The position numbers were made by a program, and so were the translations under genes. From Octopus bimaculoides (Eukaryota), in contig NC_069000.1 in NCBI RefSeq assembly GCF_001194135.2, positions 22,383,362 through 22,447,361 of the forward strand: a stretch of 64,000 nucleotides of DNA. The letters run 5' to 3'. Below the pieces are notes generated by a model. It did not search any database. It had not been told where the DNA came from and saw only the letters and a program-made list of their open reading frames with translations. Position 1 is the stretch's first letter. Every line of letters begins with the position of its first letter. Shown piece by piece: positions 23,639 through 37,186 of this stretch.

Positions 23639-25139
23639 GTTAGTTTGTTTTTATGCTGAGTTATAACAAACATAATTTTACATTAAATTGAAGCATTACT
23701 CAATGCATTTTGGCAACCTGATCAGTAACGGCCGTAAGACATGTTATGTTACCTATTTTGTTATGCGCACATGTGAACGCACACACACACACACACAAAC
23801 TCGCAAGCTCACATACGTACACACACGTGCGATCACTCACACAGTCAATTGCACACACTAAGAAACATATATACACATGCATGTATTTATTTATGAAAGA
23901 AGGTACGAGTGTGAAATCAACTTGAAAACCATTTATTTACGTATGGTCAACGCATATACCCACCGTTTGCAAGTCTTCGTCATTACTTTATACATACATA
24001 CGGCCGGCCGTTGTACGTGTAACATCATTATTCCTCCCTGTGCCTGTGAAATCTTGTATCCCGGCTGTAAGGTCTTATTTCCATATACACCAGCTTAATT
24101 TAATTCGTCCTTGGTCGAAAGATATTTGTTGTTATGTCCTGTCTTACTATTTTTATTGTATTTGTGTAACATTGTTCGTTTTTTTTTTTCCGTCCTTGTT
24201 TCTGTATACATTCGCTGTTTTCTTCCAAGGAACCTAATGCTTTTAGCTTAGTTTTTCCTTGGGGCTGGCCAGATTGGAGCAATATCGAGAATAACCAGCC
24301 GAAATTGCAAGGATAATCTGGATCTCGACTGAAGAGAGAAAACTCCGAATGACTTGTCCTTGTTTTCTTTGTATCGTCTATCTGTATGTTTTGTCCCTTT
24401 CGTGTATCACCTAACTGTCTGGATGTTTTGCGTCCTTGTCCCATTTTGTATTAGTTATACATATATATACATTTGCACATACATTAGACAGTAGCAGGTA
24501 TTTTCTGTGAGATTGGTAAAAGCACATCCTTAACATAGCTAGGACCACATCCCAATGACTCTCCATTTTCCTGAAGCCCAGAAGATACTCCACTCTCCAT
24601 CAATTATCGTTACATTACAACGGCAGTTACCAAAATATGCTTGCACCACAGACTGATTTCATGCAAGATAATTTTTCCACACAACGTTGGATCACACGCT
24701 TAAGAGAACGCAATCACGTGCATTACAATTTATCTATTACATTTATACCACGTCATTTACATCTATAAAAAACACTTTGCAGACTGCCATATTCTTTTAC
24801 GTGTTTCAGTGATGTGACTGCGGCCTTGCTGGAGCACTACATTTTAGTCTAACAAATCGACTCAAAGACTTATTTCTTAAGCCTGGTACTTGTTCTATCA
24901 GTCTCTTTACCTAAGTTGCAGGGACTTAGGTACAAACACACCAACACCGGTTGTCAAGCAGACACAAAATCATGTATATATATATAAACAATATATGAGT
25001 ATATGCATATATATGTACATACCTTCATCTACATGTACATATAGATACATATCTGGGTACATGATGTTGCAAAAGAACATGGACAAAATGATAAACAAGG
25101 TACAACAAACAAGCAGGCCACATAGAGAACATATCCCTC

Positions 25140-25450
25140 ATCAGCCGCCATAATTAAAACACCGGCGTTTCGAAGAGCCAGGGCAGGACGCATCGCCAAA
25201 ATGGCTCTTCCCACGAACACAAATTAAATTTTTTTCGTGGAGGATAGTGGCGGACGGAAAACAAGACAGGAAAACGAAACGGTGAAATAAACAAACAAAA
25301 AGGCTGTACGAACAGACGTGGAGAAGTGTGTGTGTATTGAACGCTGTGAAGCACGAACTGGAGAGGCGAAGAAGTGCGTGCGAAGCTTGGGGAGTCCAAG
25401 ACCGAAAAGAAATAGCAATCGGACACACGTGACCAGCGAGTGGTAGGGAG
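25140..25450. promoter_or_regulatory. Candidate promoter or 5' UTR, probably transcribed on the minus strand
   Basis: CpG-rich unique island (about 23700-25600); YY1-like GCCGCCAT and AAAATGGC; CACGTGAC near 25426; GA-rich tract next to it. Confidence 0.45.
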
Positions 25451-25900
25451 AAAGAGTAGCAGAGGGAGAAGAAAGGGAGGAAGTAGAATATAAGTGAGCA
25501 ACGAGAGGTAGAGAGATAGTAGTAGTGACGGTGAAAGGCGAAGGACGAGAAACGAGAGATAGAGAGAGAGAGAAATAGTAGTGACAGGGAGAGGCGAAGA
25601 ACAGTATAGGGAAGAATGAGAGGGGGAGAATGATATAGAGATAGAGAGAGTCGCGTTAGAAAAATAGTTCAAAACTTACTATCTATCTATCTATCTATCT
25701 ACACACACACAAAGGACACTTTATTCCGTCTACCAAATCCACTCAGAATGCATTAGTTGGCCCGATGCTATAAGAGGACACTTGGCCAAGGTGTCGCGCA
25801 GTGGGACTGAACCCAGACCCATGTGGTTGTGAAGCAAGCTTCTCCCTATACAGCTACGCCTATGTCAAAAAATTAGAAATATAATTTAAAAGTTTATCTT

Positions 25901-26121
25901 TTCTTATTTCTTTATTGCCCACAAGGGGCTAAACAAGGACAGACAAACAGATTAAGTCGATTACATCGACCACAGTTCGTAACTGGTACTTAATTTATCG
26001 ACCTCGAGAGGATGAAAGGCAAAGTCGACCTCGGCGGAATTTGAACTCAGAACGTAACCGCAGACGAAAGACCGCTAAGCATTTCGCCCGGCATGCTAAC
26101 GTTTCTGCCAGCTCGCCACCT
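25901..26121 (-). mobile_element. SINE family B, young copy
   Basis: Near-consensus and CpG-intact; similar to 48845-49016 and 57516-57744. Confidence 0.9.
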
Positions 26122-26199
26122 CTTTATCTTTATCTTTTCTGTACGACCTAGTATCACACGATGCCCGACACAGTGCTTGGCGACCCCTGCACTACAAAT

Positions 26200-26560
26200 C
26201 TCATCGGAAGTCTACAATAGAGGATTACTTTGATCACATTTGGAACGGAGTTGTTGCTGCACACTTAGTCATACAAGATTGTGCCTAGTAAAAAAGTCCC
26301 ATGCCTGATTGTCTTTAACCATAAGCGAGCTACGTCTTCCCTCTGCATCCCGGAACTGGCTGGGTTCATGCCATCTTCACTCAACCATTAGTCCCAGTCG
26401 TCTCTCTTTTCTCATGATACTTTTTGTACCCAATCTCTTAGGCCCCACACAATTCACTACACTCAGCATTTTCTCTTCAGAATCTCGTGTAGATTTCTCT
26501 TGATTACACAATTTGTCCAACTGGAGGTCCATGAGATGGTTACTAGGTCCGCTAGAAATA
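26200..26560 (+). mobile_element. Highly decayed CR1/Jockey-group LINE fragment
   Basis: Weak resemblance to the RT C-terminus (DYFDHIWNG; ELAGFMP). Confidence 0.3.
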
Positions 26561-26860
26561 ACAGCCAAATCTCGCTCAATACATAAATGAATTGACACAA
26601 AATACATGAGAAGATAAAGAAGAAAATCTTTTTAAATATTTACCTTTGAAAAGGCATTAATGAAATGAGATTGGTTGAATTTATGTTCAATGAAGTGGAT
26701 TTTTATCTTACTGAGACAGACAGTGATTTCATGTTTCTCATTTTGAATAGTTTGAGGTACCTGCCTCAGTGTGTAAGGGTTGATACGAGTGAAGAAAGTA
26801 AGGAAAAAACCTCGGACAATTTAAATGAAAAAGCTCGCAACATGTTTGCATGCGCGCGTA

Positions 26861-26926
<66 letters not shown>

Positions 26927-27399
26927 AGAGAGCAAGATAGAAAGAGAAAGAGAGCAAGATAAATAGAGAGAGAGAGAGAGAGATGTTGTACATAACATTC
27001 TTAGTCCCAAACACATTGTACACTTATAACCAAAGCTGTATTGCCAAACTGGGTTTGCAGCTATGGTGATTGCATGAAAATTATCGAACAATTAATGAAG
27101 CAACTACTTTACTTTATTAGAGCCTAGCATAAAAGCTACACTCTGTGCGGACATTTAGGCTAGGTCCTATGGAGGACGAATTGAGCCGACTACAAACACC
27201 AGATTAGCTTAACTATAATATATCTATAATGATTATATACCCCACTTGTGTTTGAACAGATGTTTAGGATGGATGAGAATTAATACATCTTTCTATTGTT
27301 CCAGTCCCAAGTTGAATTCCAACTGTTGACCATTTTGTCCCAAAGTTCTTGCAGGGACGTAAAATTAAGGGATTAAACGAGATTTATCTCCCCCTTCAT

Positions 27400-27436
27400 C
27401 TCTGACGTCATGTGACGAACGCCAAGGGGGCGTGAA
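27400..27436. promoter_or_regulatory. Overlapping CRE and M-box/CLEAR-like site, plus a GC/KLF box
   Basis: TGACGTCA at 27403-27410 overlaps GTCATGTGAC at 27407-27416; GGGGGCGTG at 27426-27434; lies in a CpG-retaining unique region. Confidence 0.4.
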
Positions 27437-28219
27437 TTTGCCAAGTTTTACCTGCAAGGAATAGTTTTTGAATCCCAATCCTGGATGTCAAGAACCAAAC
27501 GAAGGGCAGATTTTCAATCCTGAGGTCATTCTCATTCCAAAAGAGCAAATGAAGAGTTACATACGGGGGTGGCAGACAGACAGAACTTACTGTTTAGTAT
27601 TATCAAACATTTTAAGAGCAGCAAACTTGTTTTATTTAAACACTTACCAAGTTTATAACCCTATTCTCTACATCTACCCACGGACTGAATGTTGAGTAAC
27701 CGTTGTTCGTGTTCATAAGGCAATGAGTGGCATATTGGTTAGCACACCGGCGGCATTTCGTCCACGTTTGCAATCTGAGTTCAAATTTCACTAAGGTCGA
27801 TGGTTCCCTTGATCCTTTTCTTGTTGATAAAATAAGTTCCAGTCAAGCTTTGGGGTCAAAATGTTCGACTACTCGTTCCACCAAATTTCAAGCCCTGCTC
27901 CTACAGTAGAAAGGAATAGTTCATGTACGATTTTTATTTACCGATCCTTGCTATCATATCCCCTTGCAGTTACACGATTGTTTATAATAAAATATTCTGT
28001 ATGAATCTATCGAGAGTAAAGTATCGTTTCTGGTTGGAACCTCCAGGTTTCCTGTCCTGAAATTGCCTGGCTAAGAGTTCATACGGTTGGAGGAACAATA
28101 CCGGACACCTTGTAACTATGTTATGGTACCAACCAGCATGTTACAGAGGGTGTTTAAGAACTCAAAGGTTCATAAAACGGCAGACCCACACAACTGTGTC
28201 CCCGACCTTTGTTTCCTGA

Positions 28220-28372
28220 TAAATAGTTATATTTTTAAAGAAAATTTCTATAAATACTATAAAATAGTTATATTTTTAAAGAAAATTTCTATAAATACTA
28301 TAAAGTAGTTATATTTTTTTTATAAAATTCTATAAAATAGTTATATTTTTAAAGAAAATTTCTATAAATACC
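28220..28372. repeat. ~41-bp AT-rich tandem repeat, about 3.7 units
   Basis: AAATAGTTATATTTTTAAAGAAAATTTCTATAAATACTAT(A) repeated. Confidence 0.9.
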
Positions 28373-30944
28373 TCTCAGATTGTGTAGATTACGATTATAC
28401 CGGAATGTAATGAGGAAAAAAAAAAAAAAAGATTATAGCAGCGACTCCATCTAAGAATATCTGAAGAAGGAATTTTATTCCGAAATATCATCGGACTATG
28501 GATGACTAAATTACAACAGGTATATAGTCCATATTTTGTATTATAGTGCATTGTTGTACCATTCAAAACTTTTTATTCTTAAAAAAAAAAAGAAACTCTC
28601 GCGAAATTACACACATATTTACTGACATACATAACATATATTTCCACAAAATGGAATTTGAAATTCTGGAAATAAATTGAGATGTGTGTCAGTATATATG
28701 TGTGCGTGACCTCTATTTTCTTCACATTAAATTCCGATATAGTCGTAATGTACGCTATCTAAGAGGTATTTGTAGAATATTTCCTTCAAAGATATCTATT
28801 TTTTCTTAAAGTTATGAGGAACCAATTGTGTGGAGGGCACAGCTGTGAGGGTCCGCTCAATATATCCCCACAAACACCAAAAACAAGGTGAAGATGACTC
28901 TGACTTCACTCTAGTCTTCAGGTGTCCGGGTACGTCCCCCGACGCACACATTCCCTAGCCTCTAATCACCGCGAAAGGTTGAAAGAGACTGAATATTATT
29001 TGCAACGAATGTCTTGGAGAAAACGTTTCCGATATTATGACGTCATAATGACAATATGAAGAAATAAAGAAATCTCTGGATTAGACGAGAAATTCTTGAA
29101 TGAATTTCGTACACAGATGCTGCACGCTCACAATAGCACACTCATATGTATACAAACAAATATTTACATATATACTGTGTGTATGTATGTGTATGTGCGA
29201 GCGCGTTTGTGTGTATGTGTGTGGGTGGGTGTTTGTGTACACATGCCTGTATATGTGTTTTGTGTGTGCATGTATGTTTGTGTGTATGTGTGCATACCTA
29301 TCTCTTTGTAAATAGATACAGATATAAAGGCGGTGAGCTGGCGGAATCGTTAGCATGTCAGACAAAATGCTTAGTATTATTTCGTTGACCTTTATGTTCA
29401 AATTCTGCTGAACTTGATTTTGCTTTTTATCTTTTCCGGGTCCATAAAATATGTACCAGTTGAGCAGTGGGATGTATATAATGGACTTAACCCCTCCCCC
29501 GAAATTACTGGCCTTGTGTCAAAATTTGATATCAATATAAACAAACCTAGATGAAGCAAACTGGCAGGACTGCTAGCATGCCAGGCAAAATGCCCAACAG
29601 CATTTCTTTCTTCTTTACCTTCTGAGTTCAACTGCTGCTGGGTTTGACTTTGTCTTTCATCCATTTAGAGTCAATAAAGTAAGTACTAGTGGAACACTGG
29701 AGTCGATGTAATCATGTTTCCCCCTCCACTGAAATTGCTGGTTTTGTGTCAAAATTTGAAACCAGTATATATATACAGGTATATGTGTTTATGTGTGTGG
29801 ATTATTTGTGTATGTAACTCTCCACTTGTCTTCGTCACCCACTAAATTCTTGGGAGTATTATGAAGGAATATTCCTCAAGCCTGTCTTCCATTGGATCCC
29901 GTCACAATTAACCATCTCCATATGATTCAACTGGAACCTGAAAAGAGACCAACCAAGTTCATAGATGTTATCCAAACAACTCGCTCATGGTCCCCCACTG
30001 GGTTTCCCCTCAGTTGTTTTTGCATTGATTCTTTCCTGAAACATTTTTACCACGTTTCTGTAGTATCAGAGCTGTTATCTCTCAATTCAGAGAAGTAGAG
30101 GCCCTACCAGGAACACCTCTCTGATGTGCAGGCTACACACTCAATAGAGTAACATATCTCCAAAGACTATTCATAAAAAACCCATTTTGACCGTTTATAT
30201 TCACGATCGTATTCCTTCGATTATTACCCAAGAGGACCAGAACTGTTCCTGATTATTCTACTTTGCTCCACAATGGTTCACTGTCTGTTGTTATAAGAGG
30301 TATTCACTGATTTTTAATCAAGAAAGATCATGACAATAATTGATTATGCAACACCTCAACAAAGGATGTGGTCACGTGTTGGTGTGCAGAGAACTGCTAC
30401 TGCTGATGTCCATATGTTTTTTGTGGCTGTGGTGATACTTCATTGTTGCTGATATGCTGAATACCTCAAGAGAAAGAGAAAACTCTGACTGTTTGATCCA
30501 CCATTTAAGATAGCCTTGTGAGGTTTTCTTCAATTATATCACAATATTATCTTAATATACAAGAAGGAGCTGTGTGCTCAAAAGCTGTACTCTCTCGTGT
30601 TTCACACAAAATATACCATGTGGCAAGAGAAAGTCAAACCATTCTATTTGTATGAGAGTGCAAATGATTGTCAATGTTGTTGAAGATCCCTCCAGAGTGC
30701 AAAATACCTTTTAACTTGTTGCATGTAGATGTTTATCAGATGTTTGTTGTGCACCATCACTTGTAACCCAGAAGGAGGGTATGTTTTCTTTTTTACTTTC
30801 TATGTGCACTACTTAGTGGTTGTGGTTGGTGGTTGTGAGAACAATGTTACTTGTTTCTTCTATATCTCGTATGAAAGTGTAGTGAATGGTATGTTTATTA
30901 TTTGGCTGTCTTGACTTAGATAGCTGCTTATTGGCGTATTTTAC

Positions 30945-31064
30945 CTGTTTTCTACAAGTGGTCACATGACCATACCCGTTCATGCCAATTGGATGTTTTA
31001 AGTCATTGAAACAGACCGCTTGCCAGACCAGCAGATGTGAGGTCTGTTTCGAGCCAACAGATTG
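30945..31064 (-). CDS. Candidate coding exon, unknown protein (QSVGSKQTSHLLVWQAVCFNDLKHPIGMNGYGHVTTCRKQ)
   Basis: TTCTTTATTTATAG acceptor, CAG|GTAAAA donor; 120 nt, phase 0-0, open in one frame only. Confidence 0.4.
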
Positions 31065-31399
31065 CTATAAATAAAGAATTTTTTTTGAGATAGCCAGAGA
31101 GGAGAGAATTGTTACCAGAGATATTTAACACCATGCTTTGTGTTTACCTTCACACATCAATGGGAACCAATGTATTTTTCTCAACAGAATTATTTGTATC
31201 TTTGGAACACAAGCACTACTATATTCTTTTTTTGTTAGTTTTGTCGTGTAATGTCTCACATTTTGAAACACTTGCAATTTGTATTTTTAATGCTTATGTT
31301 TGTTTCACTTGATATATTCCGGAAATTAAACATTTTAATATACAACATATACTTCACATTATTACATATACTCTACTTTAATGCAAAAAATATTGTGTT

Positions 31400-31868
31400 T
31401 ATTGACTATCTTCAAAATGATCATAGCAACAATGGAAAGTTGAATGCCAACTTACTAAGGAAGTTTCAAAATTCTATCAAGACCTAACGCCCAGAAAAAC
31501 TTGTTTCATTAGGACAATGCTTTTGCACACAATTCCGTGGTTTCAATGGCTGCTGTGCATCACTGGCTTTGCACTAGTTGATCACCGTCCCTATGTTAGG
31601 GATTTGGCTCCATCTGATTATCATCTGTTTCCCAACATGAAAAAATACTCGGCTGGGCACCAGTATTGATGTGATGAAGACGTCTTATCTGCAGTTGATG
31701 ACTATTTTGACAAACAAGATAGCTTCTTTCACCATTGCAATCCAAGCACTGCAGCTACTGATGGAAATGTGTGGACAGTAAGAGGAACAATGTTTAAAAA
31801 TGAACTTCATTTAGTCACATTCCTTGAGAGTGTCTTGCTCAGCCTATGAGCATTTCAGTCGAGCCTCA
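31400..31868 (+). mobile_element. mariner transposase 3' half and right end, decayed
   Basis: DYLQ..NANLLRK..LFH*DNAFAHNSVVSMAAV..PYVRDLAPSDYHLFPNMKK..DEDVLSAVDDYFDKQD. Confidence 0.85.
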
Positions 31869-32562
31869 TGATAATAAAAATTATTGTTATATCTGCATTT
31901 GTTTTATTGTTATCATTGAAAAAATCATCTTTTTTCATAAAATATTTGGAGCTGGGTTTGCACCACCTAAGCAAATTTTGTTCCTGTGCCACGGTGTGTG
32001 TGTGTTTGTCCCCCTGCCATTGTTTGACAACCGGTGCTGGTATGTTTATGTCCTTGTAACTTAGCAGTTTGGCAAAGAAGACCAATAAGATAAGTACTAG
32101 GCTTACAGAGAATAAGTCCTGGGGTTGATTTCTTTGACTAAAACCCTTTAAGGCAGTGCTCCAGCATGGCCACATTCAAATGACTGAAACAAGTAAAAGA
32201 AATAAAAGAAACAATATATATATATATATATATGTCGACGTATGAATGTATATATGTATGTGTGTGTGTGTTTGTGTAAATACTATGGATCAGCTTCTAG
32301 CTTTTATGTTCATACACATATTTGTATAATGTATTTATAAACACTTTGATGCTGTTAACAACAACCACACCTGTCCATCTTCAGTTTTACCTTTATTTTC
32401 ATAAGCTCAGCTGAGGTGCTCCCTTAAGCCAACTCATGTTTACCTGGATTATGTCTCCGGTCATTAATGCTGAATTTTAGGTATTTGATCTGGTCTGAGC
32501 GTTAATCTGTCTGTATCTATAACATATACTTTGTGTGTGTGTGTGTGTACATATACACACAC

Positions 32563-32596
<34 letters not shown>

Positions 32597-32705
32597 GTGT
32601 GTATGTAGAGATACATATAAGTGTACATGTCTATTTGTATTATACTTACATATATATTCTTTTATTCTTTATATACACACACACACACACGTATATATAC
32701 ATATA

Positions 32706-33553
32706 CATAGTGTGATGGGTAAATTGTCACTATTTTATATTTCTAGTTTTATGCATGCACATTCTTTGTTTTTGATTTTGTCAACTACACAGTATTGTAG
32801 GGTGAGCTGGGCACCATGGCGCAATTCACTCTGCCAGAAATTTAGAAATGACAGGCTGCACAGCTTGGCATTCACGCTGGAAGCTCCACTACGAAGCTTT
32901 CAGAGTTTTTGAGTGTCTCTCTGAGTAGAGTGCATGTACCGAGAGTGATAGCAATCAAATATTCGGTCAACATCATGGTGTTTGTAGTGATCACTAGTGA
33001 TGGCGACATTATGCCCCCATTCATCTTCTCACCTGGCCTCAGACTCAACACGGAGGCCTACATCAAGTGCCTGGAGGAGGTAGTGCTGCCCTGACTCAAG
33101 AGCGTGGCTGCTGGAAGACCCTATGTCTGGCAACAAGACTCTGCACCATGCCACAGAAGCTGGAGAACCCAGTCACGGCCATCTCACAATTTCTGTGACC
33201 ACATCACCCCTGACATCTGGTCACTTGACTTCCCAGACTGCAATCCCCCTGATTATTATGTGTGGAGCGCAGTTGAGTGAGAGACCAACAAAACTCCTTT
33301 GTAACATCAAAGATGACCTGAAGGCAAGGATTATGGCAGCATTCATTAACTTGAACAAGGAGAACGTCCGGAAGAGTTGCAGGAGATTCCGAAGTCATCT
33401 GGAAGACATGATTGAAGCCGATCACGATTTTATTGAACAAATTTACTCTTTAGTATTTCAAGATATTTTTATGTAATTTTAGTAAATATAAAATGGGATG
33501 TCAGTGTTATTTTCAGTTTTGTGTAATTTAGACGACAATGTATTCATCACAGC

Positions 33554-33558
<5 letters not shown>
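32706..33558 (+). mobile_element. IS630-Tc1-mariner element of the DD37D (maT) family, internally deleted
   Basis: Degenerate TIRs (TGTGATG..TA.ATTGTC); IMVFVVITSDGDIMPPFIF..YVWQQDSAPCH..PDCNPLDYYVW with 37 residues between the Asp codons at 33137 and 33251. Confidence 0.85.
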
Positions 33559-33603
<45 letters not shown>

Positions 33604-33736
33604 NNNNNNNNNNNNNNNNNNNNNNNNNNNNNNNNNNNNNNNNNNNNNNNNNNNNNNNNNNNNNNNNNNNNNNNNNNNNNNNNNNNNNNNNNNNNNNNNN
33701 NNNNNNNNNNNNNNNNNNNNNNNNNNNNNNNNNNNN

Positions 33737-33807
<71 letters not shown>

Positions 33808-34328
33808 GTTTAACGTCCGCTTTCCATGCTAGCATGGGTTGGACGATTTGACTGAGGACTGGTGAAACCGGATGGCAACACCAGGCTCCAATCTAATTTG
33901 GCAGAGTTTCTACAGCTGGATGCCCTTCCTAACGCCAACCACTCAGAGAGTGTGAGTGTCTGTGTATATATACATATATCCATTCAACAGATACAGGGAT
34001 GGTTATATAGTTATGGAGTTTGATTTTTGTTTGATAACTTCCCCAATGTATGATACTTCCGACAAATATCTTCAACTATAACTTCACACTCTTGTGAGTG
34101 TGAATGGGTTGACAGAAACTACAGTGAAACTCGTCATATACATACATGTATATATAGTGAGACAGAGCAAGGGTTAAGGAAATATAGTCCATCATTTCAT
34201 TCCACAGTCCATACAAAACCTGGTTAATAGAATACTTAGGTAAGAGAATCAGAATCCATATTTATTTAATTCATAGCACATTCCATACAAACTGAAAATC
34301 CAAAGCATTTTACCTGCATTATTCTCAG

Positions 34329-34361
34329 ATTATAATATTAAACAGACTAAAGAATGAAGAT
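34329..34361 (+). CDS. Candidate micro-exon (IIILNRLKNED)
   Basis: CATTATTCTCAG acceptor, GAT|GTAAGT donor; 33 nt, open in phase 0-0. Confidence 0.35.
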
Positions 34362-34549
34362 GTAAGTATTACATATCATTATTAAAGGTCGCAATCATTT
34401 CAGTTAGTTAGAGAACTGTTTCATCAATTTGTATGTAAATCCATAAAATAATTAATTTATTAATGAATGAGGTTGCTGCCAGCCACCTTGTCAGATCATT
34501 GAAAGTTCGTCATCATCATCATCATCATCATCATGTATCATACATTTTT

Positions 34550-35040
34550 ACAGTGCATTGATAGCACTACAATGAGAGTCTTCCTGATTTACCATGAGTT
34601 CTCCCATTAGATGAAGCTTTATTCTGTTACTTCATTTTGAGCTTCCCATAATATTTCCCTGACAGAGATATTCTGGTGGTTTACCATTACCTTTTTCAAC
34701 TGGATCACTGTTGGCTGACCAGGAACCCATCTGCCCTTCGATGGTCTTGTTTTTTCTCTTGCTGGGTGTCCAGATGGCTCCCCCGCTTGAGTAGCTTATT
34801 ACTCTTGTGAGGTAGCCAGTTTAGCTACAGATCACTCAACCATGAAACAGGTAGTAATGGTTCACATAGTACCAGTACCAGATCACATCAGCCTGTGATG
34901 AGATCCCTGATCTGGCATATAATACGTATACATTGCTGTTTCAAGTCCAAGGACTTGAGATACTAATATCCAGAAGGTATTCTACAACCTAATGTCCTTT
35001 AATATATTTGTTGGAAATTCTCAAAATTATACTTAGAAGG
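34550..35040 (-). mobile_element. RTE-superfamily LINE remnant
   Basis: Decayed ..IWTPS..RKTRPSKGR..PT..IQLKK resembles the W.P.HGKR..GRP..TYIDQL motif. Confidence 0.45.
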
Positions 35041-35182
35041 GCATCTTGGCATTAGGAAGGGCATCCAACTGTAGAAACTCTGCCAGAGCAGATTGAAGCC
35101 TGGTGCAGCCTTCTGGCTTGCCAGTCCTCAGTCAAATCGTCCAACCCATGCTAGCATGGAAAGCGGACATTAAACGATGATA

Positions 35183-35214
<32 letters not shown>

Positions 35215-35345
35215 ACTTAACATGTTAACTGCCATGGCCTGTTACTGGAGCTTACTGGTGATGCTATGTATTTTGTGTGCTATTGCTGTCAGTGCAATAT
35301 TAGAATATTTCATAATTAAACTTTAATATTTAGCACTTAATATTC

Positions 35346-35570
35346 AACCCTTCAGCATTTAAACCAGCATATTTGACCAAAATATTCTACCTGTTTTATG
35401 TTCAAACAGGCCAGATCCAGGCTCTCTCACCTACCCTACAATGTCATTGTAAAAATAAACCGTCACATCATCGAAATCTTGAAGCTACAAGATAATGTAT
35501 GATTAGTTCAAAACAATGTGAATAAATAAGTATTACACTTGACCGAGTAATCTGGATACAGGTAGGTTGA
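35346..35570. mobile_element. piggyBac-type MITE, decayed
   Basis: TCAA|CCCTTCAGCATTT ... GGTAGG|TTGA degenerate termini. Confidence 0.6.
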
Positions 35571-35593
35571 TATTTAGCATTCATCATCATCAT

Positions 35594-36090
35594 CATCGTT
35601 TAACGTCCGCTTTCCATGCTAGCATGGGTTGGATGATTTGACTGAGGACTGGTGAACCAGATGGCTGCACCAGGCTCCAATCTGATCTGGCAGAATTTCT
35701 ACAGCTGGATGCCCTTCCTAATGCCAACCACTCCGAGAGTGTAGTGGGTGCTTTTACATGCCAGTCAGGCGGTACTGGCAATGGCCACGTTCAAAATGGT
35801 GTTTTTTATGTACCACCTGCACAGGAGCCAGTCCAGCAGAACTGGCAACGACTTCGCTCAAATGGTTTTTCACGTGCCAGTAAGGCGATGCTGGTAACGA
35901 TCACACTCAAATGGTGCTTTTTATGTGCCACCGGCACGGAAGCCAGACAGCTGCTCTGGCAATGATCATGCTTGGATGGTGCTCTTAGCGCTCCATTGGC
36001 ACAGGTGCCAGTCATTGAATTTGGTTCAATTACAATTTTGATTTCACTTGCCCCAACAGGTCTTCGCAAGCCGAGTTTAGTGTCCAATGA
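35594..36090 (-). mobile_element. RTE-tail retroposon with tandem modules
   Basis: Same family as 18954-19373 and 53361-53850. Confidence 0.85.
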
Positions 36091-37155
36091 AGGAAGGTTG
36101 GCATGGGTGCCAGTTGTTGAATTTGGTTCATGTTTTTTAATATTTAGTATTTAGTACTCATATAATGTGACAAGATGGCAGAATTGTTTGTACGCCAAAA
36201 TGCTTAGTGACATTTTGTCTGTCTTCATGTTTTGAGTTCAAATTCTGCTCAGGCTGACTTTTCCTTTGAACTTTTTGGGAATGATTAAGTAAGTACCAGT
36301 TGAACACTGGGGTTTGTGTAATTGAATTTCCCCCCTACCCTAAAATTGCTGGCCTTGTGCCAAAACTTGAAACCAATATTTAGCACTCATATTATTTAAA
36401 TATCCTCAAAACCATGCCAAAGATGCAAAATAGGATATTTTCTCAAATTACAAGAAATGGTCCCCCACTGGTGCATACAGCAATTGTATGGATTTTGTGA
36501 TGAACCACCAGTGGTATATGTGGTGATTAACATGTTAAAGTTACTTGGGTATAATTCTGAGTGATGTGACGTTGTAGATTATCCCCAGGACAATACTGTC
36601 TTGGGTCCTTGGATTCATAGGGCTAGTTATCCAGTTTCCATGGCATATAAGGGACCAAGATCACAACATACCCCTGAGTAGGATACCAGTCTGTTGCAGG
36701 GTTAATCTTTTACAGCTGAGTGAACTGGAGCAACATGTTTTGCTCAAGAACAAAATGCATTGCTTGGTCCAGGAATCGAAACCACAGTCTTGCGATCATG
36801 AGTGCAACACCCTAACCGCTAAGCCATGTGCCTTCACTGCAGAATATAAGAAATGTAAATCAAACAGTAAGTGTTCACCCCGCCTGGGAGATATTTCAGT
36901 GGATGGATAATGAAGATAAGGGACGCGTCAGATTACTTTCTCTGATCTTGTACAAGTACTGGCCAGCACCTCAGTCCTCACATGTCAAAAGGTTGTCAAA
37001 TTTATTGTATGTATATCTAGTGAAAGAGAGAAAAGAATTTATGAGAGAAACCGGAATTTCAAAGAGATGGCAGTTTATGGCTACAATCTCAACATTGCTA
37101 ATAAATGGAGAAAAATTAATATAGAGATGAGGATTGAAAGGAATAAAATAAATAA

Positions 37156-37186
<31 letters not shown>

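Noticed and set aside
24100-24600. Short minus-strand ORFs in the CpG island
   Set aside because: No homology or convincing exon chain; more likely 5' UTR or uORFs
29870-30300. Possible RTE-like LINE 3' remnant on the minus strand
   Set aside because: The similarity is too faint to call with useful confidence
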